DNA from: an uncultured Desulfospira sp.
GTDB taxonomy: Bacteria > Desulfobacterota > Desulfobacteria > Desulfobacterales > Desulfobacteraceae
NCBI GenBank assembly: GCA_963663165.1
Contig: OY760175.1
Span: 5,376,001-5,440,000 of the forward strand
Length of the DNA stretch: 64,000 nucleotides
Reading direction: 5' to 3'
Shown here: in pieces, positions 50,077-59,549 of the stretch
How positions within the stretch are numbered: the first letter of the stretch is position 1
How the letters are laid out: every line of letters starts with the position of its first letter
Program-made: the position numbers and the translations under genes
The notes under the pieces: generated by a model
What the model was told of the DNA's origin: nothing
The model's database searches: none
What the model saw: only the letters and a program-made list of their open reading frames with translations

Positions 50077-51351
50077 TCATCTGAAATTCTTACCGTGGTC
50101 TTCAAATGAAAACGGATTAAGAAACTGGCGGCCCCAAAGCAGTTTTTTATCCACATCACTGAGCTGGGCTTCCTCACAGACCTCATCCCAATGGTCCCGG
50201 ATCACGGCTTCAATATGGGCGCACATGTCAAGGGCCTCTTTTTCCGCCAATAAGAAATGGTGGGCCGTCTCAATGCAATTTTTTAATTGGCTCAGGTTGT
50301 TGCTGCCATGAATTTTCATGGCCTGGGATGCCTCATTTCCGGCCCGGCCCTGGGGGCAGATGTCATATGCCGGTGTCAGTTCAAGCTGTTTGCCATCCCA
50401 GAACGCCGCATGGTTTCTGGCATGGTCATCGGTGTTGCCGCACAGGATATTGAACACCAACCGGCCAAACATCTCCTTGAGGGCCTTTTTAGGGGTTATA
50501 AACCGGTTTCGGATAATCTGGGCCAGATCCTGGTAGCTGGCGTACCTGGCCGTCATGTCGGTCAGCTCAAACAGGGTCAGCGCAGATACCATAAGCTTGC
50601 GTGTCCAGCCGGCCGCTGTTTTTATCCGGTCAAAGCGCTGGACCAGCAGCACATCTTTACCGGCCGCTTTAACCAGTTTCACGGGTGCCACATCAAGCCC
50701 GGCTGTCCCAGCCAGCCGCATGGCAATGAACTCTGCTTTAATCACGCTGTAAAGATCGGTATGGGAGGAAAATTTAGCAATATATTTAGTGCCGTGATCC
50801 TCTATCAATGCCTTTGGCCGGGCACCGCCGATGGAGGTGCCGTGAAACAGGGCCTGATCCAGTTCAGGACTTAACGGGGTGCCCTGCTCAACCCTTTGGG
50901 CCGATGCCAGTAACTCTTCCAGGCCGGCGTTGATCGCCGATCTTGGTACATACCGGGTTGGTGATGCCTGAAAATCCAGTGCGCCGATGCGATCCGACCC
51001 GGATTCCAATAAATAGGTGATCTCGCCCAGTTGCGTGGTGTCGGCGGTCACACCGTTGCGCCCCAGTTTCTTGTTGATGATCACACGGCGTCCCCAAGCG
51101 TCGGGCGCGGCATCTCTTATGCAGTTTGGCATATCCAGGCCGCCGATCAAGGGCAGTTTGCCGTGGATCAGGGGCAGCTCCGGTTCATAGATTGGAATCC
51201 CGGGTCTATCCGCGTTGGTGCGCTCAAGATAGCTTCTGCCGTAGTTGAATGTGATGACATGATCATCTGCTTCAAGTTTGCCTGCCACCACCGGATCAAC
51301 AGCGCCCGGCAGCCATATCCAGACAAATGCCTCATGGCCCTTAGAAGTCAT
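50077..51351 (-). CDS. hipA: HipA-family kinase toxin
   Basis: DAAPDAWGR, SIGGARPKA, RFDR, GNTDDHARNH, LTPAYDI. Confidence 0.92.
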   Translation of the reverse strand: MTSKGHEAFVWIWLPGAVDPVVAGKLEADDHVITFNYGRSYLERTNADRPGIPIYEPELPLIHGKLPLIGGLDMPNCIRDAAPDAWGRRVIINKKLGRNGVTADTTQLGEITYLLESGSDRIGALDFQASPTRYVPRSAINAGLEELLASAQRVEQGTPLSPELDQALFHGTSIGGARPKALIEDHGTKYIAKFSSHTDLYSVIKAEFIAMRLAGTAGLDVAPVKLVKAAGKDVLLVQRFDRIKTAAGWTRKLMVSALTLFELTDMTARYASYQDLAQIIRNRFITPKKALKEMFGRLVFNILCGNTDDHARNHAAFWDGKQLELTPAYDICPQGRAGNEASQAMKIHGSNNLSQLKNCIETAHHFLLAEKEALDMCAHIEAVIRDHWDEVCEEAQLSDVDKKLLWGRQFLNPFSFEDHGKNFR

Positions 51352-51673
51352 CGTCCACCTTGTCTGATGTTGACCGGATACGCTTGGGCAAAAGACAGAT
51401 TTTATCATCCATATGTTTTAACCTTATGGGCAGGGCCACCCCATCCTGCTCAAACAAATTAAGACCGGCCAGGGCGGCCACCTCAAAGGCCAGCCCGATG
51501 GACGGGGTCATTTCGCCTGATTCGATTTTTTGAAGGGTTGCCCTTGAGATCCCGGCACGTTCAGCCAAATTTTGTTCAGACCATCCCCGCTGCTTTCGGA
51601 ACAGTTTAATCTGTTTTCCAAGCAATAGGACCGCTTCTTTTGCGGTTGTGGAATATGTCCGTTTTCGTTTCAT
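51341..51673 (-). CDS. XRE-HTH antitoxin (HipB-like)
   Basis: RKQRGWSEQNLAERAGISRATLQKIESG; overlaps the hipA start. Confidence 0.88.
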   Translation of the reverse strand: MKRKRTYSTTAKEAVLLLGKQIKLFRKQRGWSEQNLAERAGISRATLQKIESGEMTPSIGLAFEVAALAGLNLFEQDGVALPIRLKHMDDKICLLPKRIRSTSDKVDDDF

Positions 51674-51876
51674 GGTGACTAATATAATTAATTTTAAGAC
51701 ATTCAATGGCTATTATATTGATCATATTCTGGTTTGTCAAACGATATGCTTTGAAAAATTGAGGATCGGGGTCAGGTAATGTAATGGAGGCCGGAAACCG
51801 GAAGAAGGGAGACCGGATGCGCCCTCCAAGGGAACCCGGCATCCGGCATCTATCGCTCCATTTTGGGTCAATGCAA

Positions 51877-51929
51877 GGTAGGAGCGGGCCATGCCCGCGA
51901 TCAAATCGCGGGCATGGCCCGCTCCTACC
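51877..51929. repeat. GTAG-type REP doublet (REPIN-like)
   Basis: ggtaggagcgggccatgcccgcgat-caa-atcgcgggcatggcccgctcctacc. Confidence 0.85.
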
Positions 51930-52074
51930 CTACCGCTCAAACCAGGGAACCTGACGGTTTCGGTCTCCCGTCTCCCTTCCTTCCGGTCTCCATTCTTTAT
52001 TGTCCTTATCATCAAAAGGGATACCACCTGTGTGCAAGTTACATGCATTCACCCTGTTGTCCACATGCGAAAAT

Positions 52075-53352
52075 TTATGGTTCCGGCTGCATCAGAAAAC
52101 CTTCCTGATTCAATGCCTGAACAATGGCTTGAAGGCTTTTAAAAAATGCCTCGCCCTTTTTCATAATATCTGTTTTTGCCTCTTTTTTGCTGGTCCAGGC
52201 ATGGTCAAACCCGTTTCGGTACGCGATCAGGTCTTGGGCGATTTCTTTCATTTTTATGATAATTTTTTTTTCCGCCATTGCCCGGAAAAGCGGTAGAATC
52301 GTTTGATGATGCGCCAGGCGCTCACCGCGAAAGTTCCACTCATTTTCATTTACCTGAAGCATATTAATGAACACATCTGCCTTTTGCCGTTGATCTCTCC
52401 TTTCCTTGTTGGTTATTCCCATATTTTCTTTCATCCGGATAAGCCCAAAAGACCCCAGCATCTCCCGCATCACCGTATAGGCCTGCATGAACAGCTTGTG
52501 TTCAAGGAGCAGCCGGACGATTTCCAACTGGATTTTGAAATAATCAAGGTCATACCGGCCGGAAAATGTTTTTTCAAAAACCAGGGAGACGAATTTTTCC
52601 TTGACCAGGTCGAACAGAATTTTGCCGGTCACACCGGCGTCATTTTCTTTTTGCCGGACAATGTCCAGTGCCCTGGATGCTTTCTGGGACACATTGTGGA
52701 TATCCACATTCTTCAATGCACCGGTAAGGTCTTGGAAGGCACAGATCAATTCCGGATCATTAAATTCATCGAGCTTGCCGGCTGCCTCATTTTCAGCCAC
52801 CACCGCCAATTTCCCCGGGTCGGCATCTTCAACCAGACGGGACACGGCATCGGTCCATTCATTGATCACGTAAAAATCTTTCATGTCAATAATGGGCGAC
52901 AGCTCTTTATTGCTCTCATAGGCCCCGTAATACACGGCTTTAAGCCGGACGCTCTTGGCTTTTTGCAAAAAATTCAGGGCCGTGGAAAAAACAATGGGAA
53001 TGATTCTGTATCCATGGGTCATATCAACGTACAGCTCATCCCCATGGTCGATATGACTGAGGATCTCCTCAAACCAGGACCATTGATCTTCAGGGTTGAG
53101 TTCTTCGGTTATGTCAATTTCCCGGACGTCATTAATCCCGATTTTTGAAAGTTCCTGTTGTAAACTCAGATAGTGCTTTTTCCGGGATGTGCTTGTCATG
53201 ACCAGGAAAATTTGATCGAAAAATCCCGGGCCGGCCAATTGAAGCTCAGCAAACTGGACATATGGGGATGGATCGGCTTTTTGGCCGTTAATATGGTAAA
53301 CAGCAGAATCATATTTGCCTGCCCCTAAAAAACTGATGTATATGCGCCTCAT
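52075..53352 (-). CDS. csx1: CARF-HEPN CRISPR ancillary nuclease (TM1812/Csx1-like)
   Basis: ISFLG, VDMTHGYRIIP, VYYGAYE, IIDM...W; HEPN motif RNGFDH. Confidence 0.85.
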   Translation of the reverse strand: MRRIYISFLGAGKYDSAVYHINGQKADPSPYVQFAELQLAGPGFFDQIFLVMTSTSRKKHYLSLQQELSKIGINDVREIDITEELNPEDQWSWFEEILSHIDHGDELYVDMTHGYRIIPIVFSTALNFLQKAKSVRLKAVYYGAYESNKELSPIIDMKDFYVINEWTDAVSRLVEDADPGKLAVVAENEAAGKLDEFNDPELICAFQDLTGALKNVDIHNVSQKASRALDIVRQKENDAGVTGKILFDLVKEKFVSLVFEKTFSGRYDLDYFKIQLEIVRLLLEHKLFMQAYTVMREMLGSFGLIRMKENMGITNKERRDQRQKADVFINMLQVNENEWNFRGERLAHHQTILPLFRAMAEKKIIIKMKEIAQDLIAYRNGFDHAWTSKKEAKTDIMKKGEAFFKSLQAIVQALNQEGFLMQPEP

Positions 53353-53388
53353 ATTTTTCTCCTGATATCATTAACGTTTTAAATCACA

Positions 53389-55491
53389 TTATCCGTAAGA
53401 AAACGGGAAAACCCTGTCATGGTTTTCTCTGACATACCTTAAGGCCTCTGGGAAAGGCCGGTCAAACAGAAAGTAGAAATGGTCCGGGTTCAACGCAGAA
53501 GCTGCCGGTTTGATCTGTTTTTCCCATTGGGAAAGGCCGGATAAAAAGGGTTGTTCCGGGGGCAGATCCGGCACAAAGGCCAGGGGCTTGAGGGCCATGA
53601 TTTCAATGGTCGGCCCCTGCCCGGTATTCAGGCAGACCCCCAGGCTTTTTTCAAAAAGCTGCCTGGCCGTTCCCCGGTCTTCCTTTATTAAGGCGGTCCG
53701 GCCCAGGTTAAAGAAAACAAGCTGCCAGGGGTGCTGAGTCTTAAATTGTTCAAAGGCATGGGACACCAGGGGATGATACCATTCATCAAGGCCCGGTAAA
53801 TTGCCCCGGGCCGCGAACCGGCAGAGCATGGAAATCTGCCATGGGGTAAGGGCATGAATGCTGTCCGGGCCCCGGCCGTCAAGGCAGGTTTCAAGGCAGG
53901 CATCGGCCCCGGCCATATCCTTTGCATTGAGCCGGGCCGTGCCAAGGTAGTCGTACTGGCGAATCCACTGATTTTTAAGTTCTGGCGAAAGGGGCTCGCC
54001 AAGGGCCTGCCGGGCCTTTACCGACAGGGTTTCAGTTTCCCGAATAGCATCCGGGCCGCAAAAGGCGAAATTTTGAACCAGGGTTCCGTATACCCGGCCA
54101 AGGGCAAGATCGGTCATGCAGCCAAAGGCCTGCTGGACAGCCTGCCGGCGTTCCATAAATTCAAGGAGCCGGGCCAGGGCCTTTGGCACTTTGGGTGAAA
54201 ATTCATACCGGTTGTGGGCCGCCACCAGGGCGTGGTTGAAAAAGTCAGCGGCAAGGTTGATATCCAGCCCCATGACCGGGTCTATAAATGCATTCCCCGT
54301 ATTCTCCCATTCCGTTGCCTGTCCGATTTTTCCTGAATGGTTGGCCAGGCTCAGATTGGCCGTACACCAGACCAGGCAGGCCATGGGCATGGCCCCGGGC
54401 AGGCCTTTGGGAGAAAATTCTGCCAGGGCCGCTGCCCTTTCAACCTCAAATTCTTCCACCATCAGGGCAAACTTGCGGACAAATCGTCCAAACAGGTCCG
54501 GGCAGCTGAATATCCGGCCCAGCAGGTCCTGAACCGCTTGCTTTTCGTGAAAGATCCAGTCTGCGGGCAGGCTGTCCATCTTATCAATAAAGGATGCCGG
54601 GTCCTGAAGGGCCCGGGAAAAAACAAAGAGCAGGTTGTCCTGCCGGCCGGAGTATAGGGAGGCCACGGTAACGCTTTCGGCAAAACAGGACACCGGCACA
54701 AGCCCTCTGGCGTTATGTCCGGGCCTTGAGCCTGCCGGAATCAGCAGGCATTTGAACCTGGAAGAGAGCGCGGCCCGGATTTTCCGGTCGAGCATGCCAA
54801 CGGGCAGCACATCCCCTGAATCATTCAGGCCGCCTGTAGCGATCAGGTCTCCGGAAACCGGAATTTTATTCAAAAGGCTTTTAAAACCAATGCCCATACT
54901 TAAGCCCCCGGAGCGTCCTTTAAATTGGATCTGGCCGTTGGCCGGGGCCATGGGAAACAGAACAAACCGTGAATTTCCAGGGTCAGGCCCCGGGCGGCGG
55001 GCCAGGCGCTCTGCCGTTTTTATCGTTTCAATGAAGGGGGTGTCCATGGCCTTTTGTGCCCATTTCGGAATATGGACCGGCCCGGCTTCTCCAGGCACAA
55101 GGCCTGCCACAAACCAGGCGACCCTCGCCATGCCGCTGCCGGCCCCAAGTACGGGAACCCTGGCCCAGTCTCCTTGCACCAACCGGTTGAAGTCAACGCC
55201 TGAATATGTTTCAGGCCGGGTGTTTTCGGCTATAAAATCCCTGACCCATGCCGGCTTTGAAGGGCCAAGCAAATATACGGCCCCCAGGGCGCGGTGGAAT
55301 AATTCCAGGAGAACCGGATCATCCATATAAGAGAGGATATCATGATAGGCGGCCTTAAAATCATCAGGACCGGTTCCGCTCCAGGGAACACAGGCCAGAT
55401 CCGATATCATGGCCTGGAAGTGGCCCATGGCGTTTCGGGCGGCAAAGCACAGGTCCTTAATGGTATTCACATGGCTCACGGCAAATCCCAT
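53389..55491 (-). CDS. Lon-protease (S16 catalytic) domain protein with C-terminal TPR-like region
   Basis: KGRSGGLSM...IATGGL..SGDVLPVGMLDRKIRAA...LLIP; Ser and Lys 43 residues apart; no AAA module. Confidence 0.85.
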   Translation of the reverse strand: MGFAVSHVNTIKDLCFAARNAMGHFQAMISDLACVPWSGTGPDDFKAAYHDILSYMDDPVLLELFHRALGAVYLLGPSKPAWVRDFIAENTRPETYSGVDFNRLVQGDWARVPVLGAGSGMARVAWFVAGLVPGEAGPVHIPKWAQKAMDTPFIETIKTAERLARRPGPDPGNSRFVLFPMAPANGQIQFKGRSGGLSMGIGFKSLLNKIPVSGDLIATGGLNDSGDVLPVGMLDRKIRAALSSRFKCLLIPAGSRPGHNARGLVPVSCFAESVTVASLYSGRQDNLLFVFSRALQDPASFIDKMDSLPADWIFHEKQAVQDLLGRIFSCPDLFGRFVRKFALMVEEFEVERAAALAEFSPKGLPGAMPMACLVWCTANLSLANHSGKIGQATEWENTGNAFIDPVMGLDINLAADFFNHALVAAHNRYEFSPKVPKALARLLEFMERRQAVQQAFGCMTDLALGRVYGTLVQNFAFCGPDAIRETETLSVKARQALGEPLSPELKNQWIRQYDYLGTARLNAKDMAGADACLETCLDGRGPDSIHALTPWQISMLCRFAARGNLPGLDEWYHPLVSHAFEQFKTQHPWQLVFFNLGRTALIKEDRGTARQLFEKSLGVCLNTGQGPTIEIMALKPLAFVPDLPPEQPFLSGLSQWEKQIKPAASALNPDHFYFLFDRPFPEALRYVRENHDRVFPFSYG

Positions 55492-56627
55492 CCCGTGTGG
55501 TGGACAATAAACACGGCCAGGCTTTGGCCCGGGGAAAGGGGGCGGTCAAACAGGGCCATAAACCGCTTGCCGTGTCCTTCCCATACCCATTTGCAGGCCA
55601 TGAGCAGCCGGTTGTTTTCGTCCTTTATATAGCATTGAAACGCATCTTCGGGGATGTCATCGGGCAATCCCTCGATAACGCCGTTGACCGAATAGGACGC
55701 CGGAGGTGAGGCCTCGTATTTGATGTTGCATTCAATGGGCCTGGCATCCTGCATGCCCTCCTGGTTGAAACAAAAATACCCTGCCGTGATGGTGAGCCCG
55801 TCATTCTCAGCGGCCCTCATGGGCAGGACATGGGAAGGAAAGCGCAAAAGCGCCATGCACTCTTCAACGGTCCCGGGGGGCCAGTCCCAGCCAATGCCGG
55901 TGAATTTTTCTTCAAGTTTTGCCTTAAGCGCTTCAAGGCCGATGGGGACAGGGCGCTTTTCATGTTCAGCGGCTGTGCGCCCTGGGGCCATGGCGGCAAA
56001 GGCCTGCCCGATTTTCAGCTCAAGCTCCCTGAAAAAAATTCTGGGATCATGGTCCTGCATGGGCATGGGCTTAAGGGCCCATTCCGGCAAATGGTCCGGA
56101 TCTTTGGCCATCTTAAGGGCGCTTTCAATCACCTTTGGGGCCAGGGTCCCTAATAATGGCCCCATAAAGCGCTCCGGAAGGGTGTAGATATTCCAGGTCT
56201 GAATCAAAATTTCCGAAAGGCCCTGGATCATGTTTTCCGGGGGGACCAGGTCGCCGGGACCGGCCAGGGCCGTATCGGGCCACACCTGGGCCAGGGTCAC
56301 CATGCCGCCGGGTTTGATTTCAAGAAGCGCTGCCTGGGGGGCGTTGTAATAATCATCCCCCTGCCAGAACGAGAGTTCAGGGTCAAGTATCCGCACCTGG
56401 CCGGTTTGAATCGGGGAATTCTCCGGGGAAACGGTGAAATCGGCTTCCAGTTTTTCAGACAATATTTCCCAGGCCTCTATTTCGTCTTTGAGCATTGTGG
56501 AACAAAAGGGGCAGACCGCCAGATGACGCCGGAACTGCTCTGCATGTTCGAGATTCTGTTTAACCTTTAACGGCGGACAGGTTCTCAATTGTCTGGCCAG
56601 TGCCAGTGCCTGTTTTCTGGTATACAT
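55476..56627 (-). CDS. Putative zinc-binding anti-sigma factor with a MazF/CalpT-like middle domain
   Basis: HLAVCPFC (Hx3Cx2C ZAS motif); IQTGQVRIL...IQTWNIYTLP...LGTL; directly downstream of the sigma-like gene. Confidence 0.7.
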   Translation of the reverse strand: MYTRKQALALARQLRTCPPLKVKQNLEHAEQFRRHLAVCPFCSTMLKDEIEAWEILSEKLEADFTVSPENSPIQTGQVRILDPELSFWQGDDYYNAPQAALLEIKPGGMVTLAQVWPDTALAGPGDLVPPENMIQGLSEILIQTWNIYTLPERFMGPLLGTLAPKVIESALKMAKDPDHLPEWALKPMPMQDHDPRIFFRELELKIGQAFAAMAPGRTAAEHEKRPVPIGLEALKAKLEEKFTGIGWDWPPGTVEECMALLRFPSHVLPMRAAENDGLTITAGYFCFNQEGMQDARPIECNIKYEASPPASYSVNGVIEGLPDDIPEDAFQCYIKDENNRLLMACKWVWEGHGKRFMALFDRPLSPGQSLAVFIVHHTGWDLP

Positions 56628-56640
56628 GGATCATCCTTTC

Positions 56641-57690
56641 TTACATTTGTTCCCGGGGCGTGAGCCAGTCGTTTAAATTCCGGCACAGGCAGTCCATGAA
56701 AAAATCAAAATCCCTGCCGTCCTGGCCGTCGCCGTCATAGTCCGGCGACAGCCAGTTAAGGTCTCGCAAAAACGATTTAAGCTTTTTGTGGATCAACTTT
56801 TTCTGGTAGGAAAGGTTTGATTTCATCTTCATTAACTCGGATACGGCCTTGTGGGGCAGCCCTTTGCATTCATAATAAAAGAACAGGCGTTTTTCCCGGT
56901 CTTTTAACCGGTGAAAAAAATTACCGGCCCAGGTTGTGATCAGGCTGTTTTGGGTCTGATCCGCAGACTGGGTTCCGGGATGATGGGCCAGGGGATTAAA
57001 TTCGTCTTTATCCGTCCCGGCCATGGGGTATGAATCAACCCCGGGCTGCAGCACCACATACCGGCTCACCCAGGCTAGAAAATCCATAAGGTCGATCCGG
57101 ATACCGGGCTCACCGGTAAGCTTGGCTGAAGATGTCCAGAAATGGCGGGCCAGCCTGAGGATATTATCCCGGGTGTTCAGGGCGGTGTACTCCCCGGGCA
57201 GGTCAGGGGGAAAGCCTATGGTCATGAGATCTTCAATCATGACCAGGGTTCGCGGAAGGCCTTCAGAGCGGCTGAACAGGGTTTTTCCTCGGGGGGTGTC
57301 TTTGACTTTGAAAAATTCACCGGACTGGTTCAGGACATCCAGCACATGGCGGTAAAACAGGCGCCAGGTGTCTTTATAGATGTCCTGGCTGCCTTGTCTG
57401 CTCCTGGACAGGTCCATCATCCGGTGCCACAGGAATGTCCTGACCCGCTTCATGGCCCCTGGGCTTTTGCCCATCAGTTCGGCGGGCACGGTCTTGTCCC
57501 TGATCAGAAAAATCATCAGTTCCTGCCGGATATCATCGGGGTGGATCTGTTCCGGGGCAACGCCGTACAGGCCAAGTCTGGAAAGTTTCATTTTTTTGTG
57601 AACCGCATCAACAAGCCGGTCTACTGCATCGGCGTTTTCTTTTTTTTCAAGCCAGGCCTGGAATTTAAGTTTGAAACAGTTGTCATTCAT
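56641..57690 (-). CDS. ECF-like sigma factor with a long inter-domain insertion
   Basis: Region 2-like DDIRQELMIFL...FLWHRMMDLSR; region 4-like RLKDREKRLFFYYECKGLPHKAVSELM...IHKKLK. Confidence 0.72.
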   Translation of the reverse strand: MNDNCFKLKFQAWLEKKENADAVDRLVDAVHKKMKLSRLGLYGVAPEQIHPDDIRQELMIFLIRDKTVPAELMGKSPGAMKRVRTFLWHRMMDLSRSRQGSQDIYKDTWRLFYRHVLDVLNQSGEFFKVKDTPRGKTLFSRSEGLPRTLVMIEDLMTIGFPPDLPGEYTALNTRDNILRLARHFWTSSAKLTGEPGIRIDLMDFLAWVSRYVVLQPGVDSYPMAGTDKDEFNPLAHHPGTQSADQTQNSLITTWAGNFFHRLKDREKRLFFYYECKGLPHKAVSELMKMKSNLSYQKKLIHKKLKSFLRDLNWLSPDYDGDGQDGRDFDFFMDCLCRNLNDWLTPREQM

Positions 57691-57755
57691 GGGTCCCCGC
57701 CGTTATCAGGTGAGTGAATTGTTTTCAATCATGGGTGCCGTTCTTTTATTACATA

Positions 57756-57782
57756 TACGGAGCCGGAAAGGAAAGTGTTAAA
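57756..57782 (-). promoter_or_regulatory. Putative autoregulatory ECF-type promoter of the sigma operon
   Basis: TTTAAC-N15-TCCGTA, 66 bp upstream of the start codon. Confidence 0.6.
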
Positions 57783-57884
57783 ATCGGGAGGAAACACAGC
57801 GCCGTTGCCGCCACTCATCTATATGGCCCTTTTTTCTCCAGGCCCAGGTTTATCTAATGTCATATTAACGATGAGATATCCGGG

Positions 57885-58050
57885 CTAAAGAACCCCGCCG
57901 GTTTTTATAAGATAGTCTGTGAAAAAAGCATTGGACCAGAGGGTTAACTCTTCTTTGCGTTTTGTATCTTTAAGAAAGGGTTCAACATCTTTTTTTGCCA
58001 ATTCAAAATCAATTCCATTGGCCTTTTCGCATAATAACCGGTGAAGCATT
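57885..58050 (-). pseudogene. C-terminal fragment of an AbiEii-type nucleotidyltransferase
   Basis: IDFELAKKDVEPFLKD...LTLWSNAFF; abuts the trailer repeat of array 2. Confidence 0.55.
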
Positions 58051-59025
58051 TCCTTCCTCTCTAATCGAGGCAGTCTTTCTGACTTAGCAATTGAGCATCT
58101 CGAAAAAGTCATTCATGAGGTCTCAATCCTCTCTAATCGAGGCAGTCTTTCTGACCAAAATTTTATCGAAGAAAATTGGTCGGCATTTGAGGTCTCAATC
58201 CTCTCTAATCGAGGCAGTCTTTCTGACTTGAAACATAGTTATTTTGGTTGGCAAGCTGTTAAGTCTCAATCCTCTCTAATCGAGGCAGTCTTTCTGACCA
58301 GACAATGAATTTGTTCAAAGTGTGAACAAAAAAGTCTCAATCCTCTCTAATCGAGGCAGTCTTTCTGACAAATGTTAATAAAGCGGAATGGAAAGTTGTT
58401 CAGCCGTCTCAATCCTCTCTAATCGAGGCAGTCTTTCTGACTTGAATACCAGAATGAAATCAATGGATGAAAAGTACAGTCTCAATCCTCTCTAATCGAG
58501 GCAGTCTTTCTGACTGTTTATGGCGAAGACATGGTTACCGAATGCCTGAATGGTCTCAATCCTCTCTAATCGAGGCAGTCTTTCTGACCAATTTACTTGG
58601 TCTCGTGCAAAGACCTTGCTTACAGGTCTCAATCCTCTCTAATCGAGGCAGTCTTTCTGACGTGCAGGCTCGAATAATTGACTACCGCGCTATATTTAGT
58701 CTCAATCCTCTCTAATCGAGGCAGTCTTTCTGACCTACCAGCCCGACGAATTATCGGGTTATAACATGGTGTCTCAATCCTCTCTAATCGAGGCAGTCTT
58801 TCTGACTGGTTGGCACATAAACAAGAAATAACTAAAACACTAAGTCTCAATCCTCTCTAATCGAGGCAGTCTTTCTGACTAATCCATCTGTGCCCTTTGG
58901 GGCAGAATTTTCTGTGTCTCAATCCTCTCTAATCGAGGCAGTCTTTCTGACAAACAGGAGCTTGTAGTATTCAATAATTGGGTTAATGAGTCTCAATCCT
59001 CTCTAATCGAGGCAGTCTTTCTGAC
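58048..59025 (-). CRISPR. CRISPR array 2: 14 repeats, 13 spacers
   Basis: 36-bp repeat GTCAGAAAGACTGCCTCGATTAGAGAGGATTGAGAC (minus strand); leftmost repeat degenerate. Confidence 0.99.
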
Positions 59026-59182
59026 TCTGGGTATCTGGAACGCTTATCAGGCAAGGCTCTCCAAGGCCGTTTTGCCGGACCTACCCTGTTTTCGGGTTTC
59101 GGAAAAAAAATTCACTCTTAAATTCAGGCTGATTTTTGCATAATATACTGATTTTAAATATAATATAAAAATGCCGGACCTC
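59026..59182 (-). promoter_or_regulatory. CRISPR leader 2
   Basis: Homologous to leader 1. Confidence 0.85.
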
Positions 59183-59225
59183 TTTTGGATATTTTGCGAA
59201 CAAATTGTCAAAGATCGATAAGGCC

Positions 59226-59549
59226 TCATGACACGGAATACGCCTTTGTATTGGGCAGATCCCCGGTGCCGGAGAATTCAACATGCCCGACGCAATGCCT
59301 GCAAAGCGGGTAATACCGGATGGTATCCTCCCCATGGTCAATGACTTCTTCCAGGTCAGACTGCATTTTCATGAACTTGTATTCGGTCATGTTGCTGCAC
59401 TCAAATACGGATTTCTGAACCCGTGTCCCTTACCCTTTCAGGATTTTCACTACCCTGTACCGGACCCGGTTGTCAACAATATCAAAGCAGACCAGGAAAA
59501 ATTTATACCCCGAACCAGAAAAATTCAAACCCGTATTCAGACTCTCCAT
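59226..59549 (-). pseudogene. cas2: Cas2 with an in-frame stop codon
   Basis: Not in the ORF track. Reads MESL...FFLVCFDIVDNRVRYRVVKILKG*GTRVQKSVFEC...DTIRYYPLCRHC; TAA at 59430-59432. Confidence 0.92.

Noticed and set aside
53357..53383. Fourth copy of the ECF-like promoter upstream of csx1
   Set aside because: TTTAAA is present but there is no TCYGTA at the required spacing.
53389..55491. Housekeeping Lon or canonical CalpL
   Set aside because: No AAA+ module, and no SAVED motifs recognised by eye; structural confirmation is still needed.
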